Origin: Octopus vulgaris
Lineage: Eukaryota
Assembly: GCA_951406725.2 (NCBI GenBank)
Contig: OX597824.1
Coordinates: 58,280,001-58,344,000 of the forward strand
Length of the DNA: 64,000 bases
Reading direction: 5' to 3'
Numbering within the stretch: the first letter of the stretch is position 1; each line of letters begins with the position of its first letter. Shown one piece after another: positions 39,336-53,911 of this stretch. A program made the position numbers and the translations under genes. The notes under the pieces were generated by a model. The model worked only from the letters and a program-made list of their open reading frames with translations. It was not told the DNA's origin and searched no databases.

Positions 39336-39594
39336 ACATGATATTAATATTATATGCATATGCGTGGTGCGTGTGTATATACTCTAATGAATTCTATATG
39401 TATTCGAATAGGTTTGTAGATATACAAGCACAGGTATTTCTCGTTTAGTTTTCCTTCGTTATATTTCAATATATAACAATATATTTGTTGAAGAGATTTT
39501 CCCTACACGGTGAGTTGGAGTAAAAACGTATATAGAATAAGAAAGAAAATGCACACTATTTTTAATATATTTTAAAGGATAGAATATTATGATA

Positions 39595-39626
39595 GTCTAC
39601 CGGTTTCGCGTTTCGCTAATCATGAC
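39595..39626 (-). ncRNA. Minimal hammerhead ribozyme, A3-U8 variant
   Basis: Minus strand GTC-ATGATTA-GCG-AAA-CGC-GAAA-CCGG-TA-GAC. Confidence 0.68.
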
Positions 39627-40026
39627 ATTGAAATTGGTAAAAATATTGCAATTTCGGGTTTCCCTAAGGAATTTTTGGTCCATGTTACTTTTATGAGAGC
39701 TAATGACAGATGCAGTATTAATACCAAAGTTAATATTTATCACCGACGTGAAGAGGTTGTTGCGATAGAACACAGAATACTACGTCATTTACCATGAGAG
39801 GACGTCTTGTGGTGCATAAAAACACTGGTGTTTATATCGGTGGCAGGCGAGAACTGTCTGCTAAGATCGCCAATCAAGGCCAAGGAAGGCCTAAATTACA
39901 TAATCTAGCAGAAGCTAGAGATAAGTAGTAAGTATTCGAAGAATATTAAATAACAGATCCAAGATAGGAAAATGTGTTCTTAATGAAACTCGAGCATTTT
40001 ACCCTAAGTTCACTAGATTTGTTAAG

Positions 40027-40083
40027 GAACACTTAGGTATTTCCTGAACACTTAAGTATTTCCTGAACACTTAAGTATTTCCC
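40027..40083. repeat. 19-bp tandem repeat x3
   Basis: GAACACTTA(G/A)GTATTTCCT. Confidence 0.9.
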
Positions 40084-40755
40084 ATAATTCAGCGCATCAT
40101 TTGAATGGGGCAATGCTTATTTATGATGTTTCAGGTAATTTGGAATATATTATTTTTCATCTTTTTCCCGTTTTTTTCCGCGTATGATGTAGTCTTAGCC
40201 TTATTACGTTTATTAAAAGTATAAAAATTATTACATAATCTTTGCTTAAATTTTTCAAGAAGCTGAGCCAATGTAGGCAAATGTGGTTATAATAGTTATT
40301 AAATCAGATCTATAGATAATATTTTTAGTATGACAAATTATTGAGAAAGGAAAGAAGTTTATTTTTAAAATTTCATAATCTTGGAGATTTATCGACATTA
40401 GTACTTATAGTGTTATTCGAGGATCGCAGTAAGAGATAATAATTGTTAGACCCAATAGAATTAGTTGTATTATCCAGGGTTACGTAAGTGTCTACGGGTT
40501 GTTATTATTAGTAAGAGTACTACCATTGCAAATGTGATGGTTAATACAGTTACCTGGATTATTAATAGGTACATGGTCATCATTTATATTAGAATCGTTG
40601 TGTATGTTATCGGAATTGATAAAGTTTATGTTGTCACAACCATTACTAGCACTGTTGGTGTTGCTAGGATGGCTACTACTTGCACATATATATATATGTG
40701 TGTGCGCGTGTATGTGTATGTGTCATACATGTGCTTGAATGTATTTTCATGTCTA

Positions 40756-40826
<71 letters not shown>

Positions 40827-43800
40827 TATATGTATGTATATACGTACATATTAATATATATGCATTAATGGGTGTATATATATATGTATGCATGTACGGT
40901 GACTAGATATACACACGAATTTTATATTGTACATCTTAATTCGTATAATTAAGGCATTTATTCACAGAGCATGCTCCATAACTAATTAGATACTAGCTGG
41001 AACTTCAGAGTGAACCTCCAAAAGCCTTGGACTCTAGGAGCTCCAGTTTATATTTCGTTTCAGTAGTGTATCAAGGATAACCAAACTCAGTTCTTATCTC
41101 TCTCATCTACAGTAGAAGATAAAGTGATCCCTGCAACTAATATGATTTACTTGTGAAATCTATGCTAACTATCGAAATACTATGACTGGCCCACAGATGT
41201 ACTATGTCTTTACTAAGTTTATTCCGGATTTAAGTTATAGTGTAACAATCGAAATACCACCACGGATTTACTGAAATGATATGTCTGTTCCATTCCTACT
41301 ACAGTGGTCTCTGTTCGACTAAACTAACGTGCTGTCTCGGTGAAGATCCATTTTTGTACACACTGCTGTGACCGTTTAATTCGAACCACTACATCCATCA
41401 GTTTTCCCCCAGAAAAAAAAGAAAATAAAACATTGTCCGTAAATTTTTTTCCTGTCTAGATATTCCGTAAATTCTTTTCCTGTCCTTGCACACGCGAGTT
41501 GTCAAATGTATTAACTCTATTCTTGCCTCTTGACTAAATCATAACAAAGGACCGTTGAGTGTTAAATGCTCTGTCGTCAGACGTATTATTCCGGAAACAT
41601 TGAGTATGTACTATATATCATTCATTAATCAGTGGTATAACTATTCAGCCGTTTTACGGTCATCTACAATACATTACACCGGAAGCAGCTAGGCAACCCC
41701 TACATGTTAGTTCAGTCTACTAAAAGTATCAGCCAAATCACCCTATCATTTTAAAAACAGAAGGATAGAATAAATGATTTAATCTAACTTTGATAGTCGC
41801 TATCCCAAAAAATAACAATAAACTAAAATGAAAACGAAATGGTCATGTGGATGTCCACAATATAATTTATTGAATTTACCCTCAACAATATATGCGAATT
41901 TTGCATCAGTCAGAACTATTACGAAATATTTCAATACTTGACCTTGCATAGGTGCCGCGTTATAGAATTGCATTGATGAAATTGTTTAAAAAAAACCTAT
42001 TCTAAAGAGACTGCAGCGAAATAATGTTGAAATATTCTTTAAAAAGAAACTCTTTCAAATGAATATAATCCCAGATTCAATAAACAAACGGGAATCTAAC
42101 ATCGTCGAAGGAAGTCTATGTAGACAAATTTAAACATAGAAATAGAAGGCAAGTCTCACAGAAATCATGCCCTGTTGTCTCAATACCGAAGGACACTGGG
42201 CAATATATGAAAATATTGTCATATCCTGTTATATATTATCCAATGAGATGCTATATTACATCCGCAAGACTGACGCAGTTAATGTTACTCTTCAATAACT
42301 GAATACCAGAGAGATGACGTTCTGATGAGACAGGACTGTAAAAAAATGTTTAGTGTGGGGCCTGGGGGTGAGAGAGTGGATTCACAACTAGTGATGAGAG
42401 GAGGAAAAAGAAATGAATCGAAAGAGCCTGAGTGAACGTGACATGACTAAATGAGAGGGCTGAGTTGCGGTAGACGAACGGTAGTGAGGAGATAGGAGAC
42501 ACACTGTTGCAATATGCTGGCACACAATTTCATGCAAATTAGTCGGATGACCATTTTCTTGGATGTCTGTGTGCGACGTAGCTGCATCATCTTAAATAGA
42601 CGTGGGACACATTAGACACTAAAAGATGGGATAATCATAACTGGACAGGCTGTGATCAGGACTGATCCTGGGTTACATTACAACTTGGTTTACTGAAATT
42701 CTGATCGCTAGATACACTGAACCAAGCCTAATCGTTCTTCCTTTCCCCTCTTCGTAGAGACGGGATAATATACGTTTTCTTACAGAAACCAGAACACTAT
42801 CAGAGATAAGAACATTTCAACATTAAATCGGTTAACAGATTCAGCTAACATCTACTGCAGATGGTTTAACCAAATTTGCATAAATGAAAAGCCGTATATT
42901 AATTACACATACATACATACAATGTTATTACACATATTCTTACACTCACATGCACCTATATACACACTGTGCACATAGACACATAAATGCCCTCTCTTAG
43001 ATACAAATTATGTGCCTATACGCATTCATCTACGCGCGTGCACTGCTACATGCATATTCGCATAAACATAGATTCGCAAATACGCTGAAACACATACACA
43101 CAGAGAGGATGTTAATGCGTCACTCAGTTTCGCAAGCACCAGATCGAACTTTTGTAACATAATTTCAATCCCATGGTAATAACGACGACAATGAAGGCCA
43201 TGATGATTATGACGAAGTTGATGATGATCCACCTTCACATCACCATCTTCAGCAGCAGCAGCAGCGGCTGCAGTAGTAGCAGTAGTAACAACATCCAGCT
43301 TTCTCTCCTCCTCATTATCATCATCATGGTCATTTCATCACCACCGTGTCCACCCAACCGCCCATTATCTTTCCCACAATTATTATCATCATTTATTTAC
43401 ATCACCACAATTGCTGTTAACATCTGTACGCTAGACGACGTTTAGAGAAGTTATTATATATGTGTCAACATTGATATCTCCCTATCAGATGAAAGGTAAA
43501 AACAGCAACAAATCTCATTCCCGAACGCAAGAACAACAACAACAAACCGAACGAATGTACAAATAAATATAAGAAAACAACAGCAACAATCCTGAAAGTG
43601 AAACAAAAATAGTAAACAATAAAAAGATGTTGATACTGCCATCAGTGAGTGGACAAGAGAAGGATATTGTTGAAGAATGAACTACTCGTTAGATAACAGC
43701 ATAGCTCATGCAACACAACCGCCCTATAGATAACAGCATACAACACAATAATTTAACAACACTTAAATATCGGCATTTTGTTCTTTTTCTCTTATTGGTT

Positions 43801-43926
43801 ATGTCTTTTGTCATCCTTATTTTACATTAAGCACATTGTCTTTATCACAGATCTGCTTTTCAGTCACGCAAACTCCCTCTTTCACCCCCACACACGCACG
43901 CACGCACGCACACACGCGCGCGCACG

Positions 43927-43968
<42 letters not shown>

Positions 43969-44561
43969 TACGTATATACATACATACATACATACACACA
44001 CACAAAAGTTTGTGCGTATGCGTATGTTCATACATATATGTACACTCACAATCATACATGTTTATCGACAAATGCAAATACTTACATACATACACAAAAA
44101 TTATATATGTATATATATATTTAATTAATAAGGGTGAGAGAATTAGATACTAATTTAATAGTATACCTATTCAACACCAAGTGGCCCAGTGCCCCGAGAA
44201 ACCTGGATTATTATAATATTTTATAACATATTATAATATTTTATACAAAAATAAATATAAGAGAGTGGTCACTATGTGGCTCACTCTAGCACTAGTAAAT
44301 CCAAAAGGTTTCAACCACAAAAATACATGTTTCCCATGAAAGTCATATTTTTATATTTATGTATATATATATATATAAAATACAAAATGGGACAAGAACG
44401 CAAAACTTCCGGACAACTAGATGATACAAAAAGGGACAACAAAACATCTAGATAGACGATACAAAAAAAACAAGGACGAGTCATTCGAAGGTTTCTATCC
44501 TCAGTTAAGAACCGGATCATCCACGCAGTTTCGGCTTGATTAATCTTACATAGATACACAC

Positions 44562-44605
<44 letters not shown>

Positions 44606-44858
44606 AAGAAAAATTTCTTGATGCACTCACAATGTCAAAAGAAAATTTTATTAAATTAAAGATTATCATATTTAAGGATATAATGTAGATTGAAATAAAC
44701 CTGATGGAAGGAGGCTTAATGTGCTTTCTTTTAAAGATTTTTCTAAATAACTATTAATTTCTGATTTAAGAAATTGTATTCTCTCTGTCTCACTCTGTAT
44801 CTCTCAATCTCTCTGTCTGTCTCTTTCTTTTTCTCTCTCTCTCAGTCTCTCTCTCCCC

Positions 44859-44912
<54 letters not shown>

Positions 44913-44969
44913 GAGCGCGCGCGCACACACATTCATACACATATATAATGTAGTAAAATCGAAATAAGA

Positions 44970-46830
44970 AAACAGTATAATGGACGTACTGTGAGGAGCG
45001 GAAAATCCAACGTTTCAAAGAGAGTCTTTCTTGAGGCTAAAGGCTGAAAGGAGAAGAGTTAATAAGAAATAGCCCTTTCGATTTAGGAGTCTTCAGTTGC
45101 AAGAAACTCCTACGGAGATCGAAACTAGACACCCTCTGGAAGCTCCCTAAACGCCGAAACATGATTAACAAATGAGCCAAGAAAGCGGGGTCCGTTGTAG
45201 TTTGGTGATCCGACCTAAGCAGAGAAGAAGCACCCCACCACTGAATAACTCTTCGATTCTACTTCAAGCTGCCAAGTTACCTTAGGAGCAAAGTACTCCC
45301 TACTGCTCATCAATTTTTCTCTTCTGGCTCGCATCCATCCACTGCCACTAACTTCATTGTAAACACACTCTGAACGTCCACTATGTACTTCATCTCCCAA
45401 ATTCACAAACCATATAATCTCGGCCGCCCAATCGTCTCCGCCTGTAACTGGCCTACAGAACTTCTATCATCTTACCTCGACAAACTATTATCACTTCTCG
45501 TGACCGTCTTACCATCACATATAGATATCAACCATGCGTTCAACCTCTTCAACTCGTTTTCTTTTCCATACGACGGCCTACTAGCCTTAAAAACTTCATA
45601 GAATGTTGTCCTTGCCAAAGCGAACACAGCACTACTACTGTCCTCCGCTTAGTCGAGCTCATCTTCACTAATCGCCTTGTAGGTCACATCGAAGAGCAAA
45701 TCTTTGCTCATTTCTCTGAATCCATGCCAAAGCTGTATAATCGTAATATTGACACCTGTGTTGACGCCACCTCTCTTACCAGACAACAGTTCAAAAATTT
45801 TATCTCTTTTGTTATCACCTCCACCGTATCCGATACTTCTGTTAGTTTTCTCAGTATCGCCATCACCATATATAATATCCACTTATCTATCCCTGTCCAC
45901 TACAAATCTAATGGTTTCCGCTCCTATTTCCATTAAATTTATTCGCACAGTAAATCTACCATACTTTTCTATTAATTCCTTCGCTTTTACCGACTCAGCT
46001 TCGTTGACTCAGATTTCGAATCCAAATGTCAAACGACATATCTTGCGACGTTTCTTTCTGAATCGAGGGTGCCCTTAATCGAGGTTGATTTCGACTACTC
46101 TGCACCACATAAAACCACACAACCAGGTGCTTTAAAATTTTCTCGCCAACGATGCAACGCTTGCTCCTACATTAACAATACTACAGCCATCACTGGGCTT
46201 AAGACACAATATCATATTATTCAGAACTTCTGTTGTACATTGCCTAACCATATACATTGTATCATATGCAACTTTGCGATACCTTTTACATTGGAGGAGA
46301 TAGATCGACGCCATACTAATTGCTTTCGGGAGTATATTCCATGCATACTACTACTTTTGTCTAGCCAGCCTGTCAACACTCTCTTCAACACTACAGGCCA
46401 TTTCATCATTCTCCAGACATCTACATTCTGAGTGAACAACGGGACAATATTACCGACAGATTTAAATGAACGTCTTTCAATCTACTCCATCTATTCCTAA
46501 ATCTCCACTTAGTTCATTAAACCCTTTCTCATCTTTCGACTCTCCTCTATCTTTACCCTTCAACTCACTTTCGGCTTTTCTGCTTCTCTTAATTTCATTA
46601 CTCTTTCTTTCTTCCTACCCACACCGTGACTCTCACTACTTCTTGTTCACGCATGTATCACAAGTGGTTCGGCGTTTTTTATTATTTGCAGGCATTTTTT
46701 CTTTTAACTTAGGGAATGTAATATCCTGTTGTCTCCCATTGATTTCTCTCCGTCCAATTTTTTAACTAAAGAGTGAGCTATTCTGAAACATTGGATTTTC
46801 TGTCCCTCATTGCAAGTTCACTTTTTTTAT
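44970..46830 (+). mobile_element. Penelope-like element, decayed, with inverted terminal pseudo-LTR remnants
   Basis: QIHKP..GRPIVSACN.PTE.LSSYLD (RT). CNAC..I and a GIY-YIG-like region in 46069-46431. GAAAC(G/A)TTGGATTTTC at both ends in opposite orientation. Confidence 0.78.
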
Positions 46831-47185
46831 CGATTTTACGACGTGATATACCGTCGCAGAACCAAGCCAACCACATTGGAGTCTGTATATAGATGCATAA
46901 CAATATGTACACACACATACACACACACACACACACACACGCACTCACATATGCATGTATACATGCTCGTGTATTTGTATGTATATTGTGCCGAGTTTCA
47001 CGTTGCAAACTTTCGCTCGATTATTATAGCAAAACAACCTATTGGGGCTTTATTCACACGAATTTAAAGGAGCCAATGATGCTTCATTCGTATTTTAAAA
47101 GAGAACCAAACAAACATTAAATATATTGTTATCTAATATGTTTATAAACTTAATGTATGCAAAATATGTTTCAAAAAGTTTCTTG

Positions 47186-47228
<43 letters not shown>

Positions 47229-47261
47229 TAAATGAGTAACGAAGATGTACAGGTATTAATT

Positions 47262-47339
47262 CATTACGACCGTTTCAAGCGACTCCTTTACTTGATTAAT
47301 GAAAACATTGCGTCATTTGAAAGAAATTTTCGTCAGATA
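47262..47339 (-). ncRNA. Hammerhead-like motif with long stem II insert
   Basis: Minus strand TAT-CTGACGA-...-GAAAC-GGTC-GTA-ATG, in a block flanked by (TA)n. Confidence 0.5.
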
Positions 47340-47425
47340 GACTTCAAATATAAATGATACTACCACTACTTTTAACATATTCACATCAAATTATTTACAT
47401 TGTTTCTGTTGTCATATCTCTAGCA

Positions 47426-47507
<82 letters not shown>

Positions 47508-47510
<3 letters not shown>

Positions 47511-48895
47511 AGTTAGTTAGTTAATTTTATGGCTCAAAAAGCAAAAAGCAAGGCCATGTAGGGGAACATGGAGTTATGTACAGGGTGGTGTTCATGTAAA
47601 GAGTTCAGGCCACTTAAGGTCAAGGGAGACTTTGAACCGAGCGGTCGTCGGCATCTTCACCATCTCGTCTGGCAGCTTATTCCACGGATCCGCAACCCGG
47701 ACGGAGAAAGCCCTCTCCTTCGATTGAGATGAAATCGTCGCAGATAGAGCTTTTCGGAATGACCCCGCAGCCGACGCTCTGGAGCAGGAGTGAAGAACAG
47801 CTCTTTCGAGAGGTTACACTTTCCGCTTATGATTTTGTGAGGAAGAATGAGATCTCCACGGCTTCGTCGTTTTTCTAGAGAATAAAGGTCGAGCGTCTTC
47901 AGCCTTTCTTCATAAGACAAATTCTTGAGACCAAGAACCATGCGGGTAGCCAGCTTCTGGACGCTTTCGAGATGCTGTATGTCTTTGAGGAGATAAGGAG
48001 AAGAGGCTTGAATCCCGTACTCCAATATGGGTCTCACCAGCGTGACATAGAGCGGTAGGAATATGGCTGCTGTGAGCATTCCGAATGACAGTCGAATCAA
48101 GAACAGACGCTCTGGGCCGAAGACGAAAAGGAGGAATCCACCAAGATACCTAGGTCCTTTACGTGATCGGGCCTCTCCAGCAGCAGACGACCCGGCTCGA
48201 AATCAAGTTGAGTTGCAGGAGGAGAGCCAACAGGCAGATGACAGCACTTTGACACGTTCAGACACAGGTCCCATTCGCTAGACCATCTCCAAATTTGGTG
48301 GAGGCATCGACGAAGATCATCTATATCACCGCGAGGAGCGACCAGTTTGACATCGTCGGCAAATAGAAGGGTGTGTTGCGTGAGGTCGTCGGGCAAGTCA
48401 TTTATGAAGACTAACAACAATAAGGGCCCAAGCACTGAACCTTGAGGCACGTCACTGCTCGCACTGGAGACGTCGGACAGCGAACCATTAACTTGGACTT
48501 GGAAGGAGCGATCTGAGAGGAAGGCACCAACCCATCGTACAATATCCGGATGGAAACTATATGCTTGAATCTTGACAAGTAATAGGCGGTGGTTTACCGA
48601 GTCAAAAGCTTTGGCAAAGTCCAATAAAACGATGTCAACAGCATCACTATCATCGAGGATGCGCGTCACCAATTCTTCCATTACCAGTAAGTTGGTCAAG
48701 CATGATCTCTTGGGCACGAAGCCGTGTTGGGAATCAGAGATAGAGGCTGTGTTTTGGAGGTGGAGCATCATACTTTTCTTAAGGATGGTTTCGAACATCT
48801 TGCTGATTATTGATGTAAGGGAAACCGGTCGGTAGTTAAGCGGGTCTTCGCGGCTCCCTTTCTTGAAAATTGGGCTAAGGGGTCCGCGGCTCCTT

Positions 48896-48898
<3 letters not shown>
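47508..48898 (-). mobile_element. CR1-like LINE RT fragment, 5'-truncated, in (TA)n
   Basis: NYRPVSLTS, QHGFVPKRSCLTNL, LDFAKAFDSV, VPQGSVLGP, FADDVKL, LVRPILEY. (TAAC)n 3' tail. Confidence 0.93.
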
Positions 48899-48967
<69 letters not shown>

Positions 48968-49177
48968 CTTTATTATTGTTTCAGTCATTTTATTTTGGCC
49001 ATGTTGGAGCAACATTTATATCCATAAAAATTTATAGATATTAATACACTTTTTTATTTTTCTTATACGCCAAAATAAAAATATTTCTATATTTGCAATG
49101 ATACATGGGAGAATACTGTTATTACGTACCTTAAGTGGGGAAGCTAAAACCAAGTGAGCTTCTTAATCACACAGCCA

Positions 49178-49277
<100 letters not shown>

Positions 49278-49632
49278 TTGGCTTTTAAATGCTGAAATCA
49301 TCTGGAAGGGGCTTTGTCAAGGCACATTTATGGTTTTCAAAATCATCAATACGTTGGAAGTATACTGCTTTACATGAATTCTCACTCATCTCAATATAAC
49401 AACGAAGAAGTTTGAATTAAAACCTTTGGAAAACACTAACCATTAAAAAGACGAGAAATGGGTATATCACATCACTCAATGTTGAAGTATTTGATCTAGC
49501 CATATAAGTAAAATTTCCACTTATTTGTGCTGTGGGTGCCGTGCAGTTTAGAGGCGCTATGATATTTAAGTCTGTACGGAAAGTATCTAGAGTTAGAGAG
49601 CCTCTTGCAATATTATTTCCGTCATTCTAAAA

Positions 49633-49770
49633 TGGCGAGCTAGCAGGAGCATTAGCTCGCCGGGCAAAATGCTCCGCGGTATTTCGTCCGCCTTTACCTT
49701 CTGAGTTCAAATTCTGCCAGGGTTGACTTTGCCTTATATCCCTTTGGGGTCGATAAAATAAGTACCAGCC
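49633..49770 (+). mobile_element. SINE family B, 5' part
   Basis: GGCGAGCTAGCAG...GAGTTCAAATTC...GGGGTCGATAAAATAAGTACC. Confidence 0.8.
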
Positions 49771-50147
49771 GGTCATTTAAACAATAGCTAGATTATGCCG
49801 TAATATTTCCACTATTCTTACGTTTATGTATGATATATTACGAAATAAAATTTGTCTTTTAAGCATCTGTCGTTTTAATTCGCCATTATGATAATACGCG
49901 ACATTGTTAAACTAAAGTTTAACATGAGAATATGCTGGAAATGCTTTTACTAATATTGTTGACTAATAATGTTTCTTGAAATTTAGGAAGAATTTACGAT
50001 TTTGTAAATAGGTTCTGTTTACTACAAGGGTGATATATAATAGTATTTAGATTGAATGTAATATTCTAAAGTTGCCAATACCAACTTTAGTGTTAAGTGC
50101 AATGTTTAGATCTAATTGTTTGAATATATCAGTAGTCTAAACTAAAT

Positions 50148-50205
<58 letters not shown>

Positions 50206-51784
50206 ATACACATACACACGTATATTGACACATTTCTTTGTCAATCTCTCCCATCCCGTCTCTCTGTCTAGACAATGACATTTCATAGTTCCCTATAAGG
50301 CTTTCTTATTAATTGACCATCACTCTAACTTCTTTCCCGCTCGCTGTTATTAATTTGGCCTCGGCACGTTAACAAAAACTAGTGGTTCGTTTAACTGGGA
50401 TATAAAACAGTGAAAGGTGTCAACTATCTAACACACACACACACACACACGCATGCATACGCCTTCACGCGCGCGCGCATACACACACACAAGCATACGC
50501 ATGTATGTATACGTGTCCATAAATATGTCTATGTGTGGAGACGTGTTTCTCTATGTATGTACGAACGTATTGCCATCTGCGAGCAGATACAAACGTTTCA
50601 GAACAGCATGCAGGCTGAATTCTGTTTTCAGCGCCATCGCTTCGCATTTGAAGCTTGTTGCCTGAATTAGGAGAGAATGGGGAGTGGCAGCAGTTCTTTT
50701 CTATGCTCTTTTAAAGACCTATCTTTATACCACCATATTTATTTAGTTTTACTTCTACTTTGCGTTTGCTTCCTTCTTCTACACTGTTTTCTCATTGTCT
50801 CAATCTCTCACTCTTTTACTTTCGTCCCTCATCTTTTTCTCTCTTAATGGATCAACAGGGACTTTATCGAAGCAATAGTAACTCCCTTCAGAATACTGCA
50901 AAACGGAGGATAGGGAAATATAAGCCACCCCTCTCCTTGCAAAAATAATAAAAGTTAAATAAATGTAAATACAACAGTTCCACCTGTAAATATCTTCTAT
51001 GTGGCCCCAGTAGGGGCTTATCTAGGTTTAACAGCCTATCTTGGCGTTCATGTCAAATTGCTACTCACTGATAATTAGAAAAAGAATACTATCAACTGTT
51101 GTTCTCATCTTTGTTGATATTGTTGTTGTCATTGTCGTTGCTATTGTTGTTATTGTTTTTATTGGTGTTTTGATGGTGGAGGTGTATGTGGTGGAAATAA
51201 TAGTTAATGTGGGTTTGGTGCCCATTGTTGTTATTGTTGTTTACTTTGTTTCTAATATTGATTTTCATATTATTAATGGTAATGTTGATAATAATGTGTT
51301 TTTTTTTATCAGCTCTGGCCACTAAGGTCCACGTAAAAAAGGAAAGAAAATAAACACAGAAGGGAATAAACAAACAAACAAATAACATTTGCCAGTTATG
51401 AGAGGTTTTGGGGCGACGGTAGTGCCGATGATATTGACGATAGTATATATGTGCATACGTTTATATGTATATGTATGTCTGTGTATATGTATGTATGTAT
51501 GTATGTATGTATTTATGAACGTGCACACACATAGGCATACACACACATTCACACACACACATGTATATACCAAACAACAGTCATATACATAAGGTGACTG
51601 CCAGGTGGCTCACTAACAATTTTCAACTTTAAATCATGTTTGTTTCGTATCAGTTTCATTTAAGAATCACACATAAATACATATTCATATATACACACAT
51701 ATATTCATACAATCATACTTACAAACGTACACGCATTCATATATACAGACACACACAGGCATGCATACATATACATGCATGCAC

Positions 51785-51817
<33 letters not shown>

Positions 51818-52229
51818 CATACATACATACATATATTACTTATATATATACATACAAACACATAGAGATTTGGGTGTAAATGAATACATGAAGGTGCGGA
51901 TGTATATTGGCAAAGGATAGGTTCTAATATTTTGTGATGTGGTGAACGGAGGCGGAATCAGGAGGAAAAACATAACATAGAAACTGTAAGAATAATCCAA
52001 TCATGAAAAGGAAGAAAAAAATGATAGAAAGAAATTCACGATCCACTGATTCATTCGTTCTTTCCTTCCTCCCAAGGGGACTGACCTCTTTAAGCTTCTA
52101 CATAAGTCTTCTTCATTTCTCTCTTTTCATTAGCCGCCAATTTTCGATTCAGTGATTTCCTTCAGTTTCAAAGATTTTAACCACGTGCTGTTTATTTTCC
52201 TTCCCCTTCCGCTAACGGTGTAGATTTAT

Positions 52230-52270
<41 letters not shown>

Positions 52271-52315
52271 GTATATTTATGCATATATGTATGTGTGTGT
52301 CTGTGTGTCTGTGTG

Positions 52316-52346
<31 letters not shown>

Positions 52347-52453
52347 CTATACATACATGTTTATAGATATGTGTGTATATATACACACACATATACATAT
52401 ACATACGTATATATGTATATCTATATATATGTATGCATGTATGTATGTATGTA

Positions 52454-52508
<55 letters not shown>

Positions 52509-52552
52509 CGAGAGAGGGAGAGAGGAGAAGTGGTAGAGGAAAGCGAATGACC

Positions 52553-52680
52553 GCGTAGGTAGCATGTTGTGTTCACGAATTTTAGTCAGATTTCTTAATT
52601 TGTCATTGTCAAATGCGTAGGTAGCATGTTGTGTTCACGAATTTTAGTCAGATTTCTTAATTTGTCATTGTCAAATGCGT
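52553..52680. repeat. Perfect 62-bp tandem duplication
   Basis: GCGTAGGTAGC...GTCAAAT x2, followed by GCGT. Confidence 0.95.
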
Positions 52681-53477
52681 GTTATTTTTTTCTATTTGTT
52701 TTATAAAATATATTTTAAAGTTTAGTAAGGGAAGGAAAGTTAGCAGTCGTGGCACTTTGCTGGGGCTCGAGACTGGGAGGAGTACAGAAGCTAGGATAGA
52801 AATCACGACTTAGGGAAGCAGCAGGAAGTAGCACAGCAAGTTATCGGGATATCCTTAAACCAATGCGCGAATTCTTTCAGCGGGTTGACTCTGTTAAAGG
52901 CACCTATGAACCAGGTGGTGGAGGTGTTAAGTCAAGCAAATGATTGCAAATTGAACTTCGTAACCAAACGACCATGCCTACAGCCAGCTTGTGGATTTAT
53001 TTCAAACGAAGACTTTGAAAGGGTTTATCTCTCAAAAGACCCAATGTACTTAACAGTAAACATTCGCTACGAGCTAAATAGCAGCAACTTTAATTAGTGT
53101 TGTTGTTCTTATTTAATTCAGTTCTGACTGAACAGACCTATGGTTCAAAGATAATCCATCCGAAGCCATCAGGTACTTGTAGACATCCAGAACAACACTA
53201 CCCATTATTTGTGAAGGTGGTATTGTATGCTTTGGAAGCCATTTAACTGATACTTCTAACAGTTCGATGTGCTACATAAATAAAAAGTTTAGATAAAAAC
53301 AAAAAAATTAAAATTAAATACAACACAGCAGAAACCGTTTTATTATTTCAAAATGTTTGACCTCATAATCTCTGAAGGTATTTTCTTGTAAACTGTTATC
53401 CATAAAGTTTAGGATTCCATTGCAAAGTCAGATATGTATCCAGAAGTTGACATAGCATAAAGAAACACACCAATATT

Positions 53478-53911
53478 CTTTTCTACTGTAGGCACAGGCC
53501 CGAAATTTCGGGGGAGGGGGCCAGTCGACTTGATCTACTCCAGTATGTAACTGCTACTTAATTTATTGACTCCGAAAGGATGAAAGGAAAAGTCGACCAC
53601 GGCGGAATTTGAACTCAGAACACAAAAACAGACGAAATACTGCTAAGCATTTCACCTGGTGTGCTAACGTTTCTGTCAGATCGCCGCCTTAAATATTCTT
53701 TTCTACTTTAGGCACAAGGCCCGAAATTTTTGGGGAGGGGACCAGTCGATTAGATCGACTTTAGTACGCAACTGGTACTTAATTTATCGACCTCAAAAGG
53801 ATGAAAGGCAAAGTCTGCCTCGGTGGAATCTGAACTCAGAACGTAGCGGCAGACGAAATACTGTTAAGCATTTCGCCTGGCGTGCTAACGTTTCTGCCAG
53901 CTCACCGCCTT
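53478..53911 (-). mobile_element. Head-to-tail SINE family B dimer with 17-bp TSD
   Basis: Two ~215 bp monomers. AGAAACACACCAATATT at 53461-53477 and 53912-53928. Confidence 0.92.

Noticed and set aside
44320-44510. ATGACTT..GAAACATGTA and CTGAGGATAGAAAC motifs on the minus strand
   Set aside because: Core or stem II geometry does not fit. Probably repeat-derived but unclassifiable.
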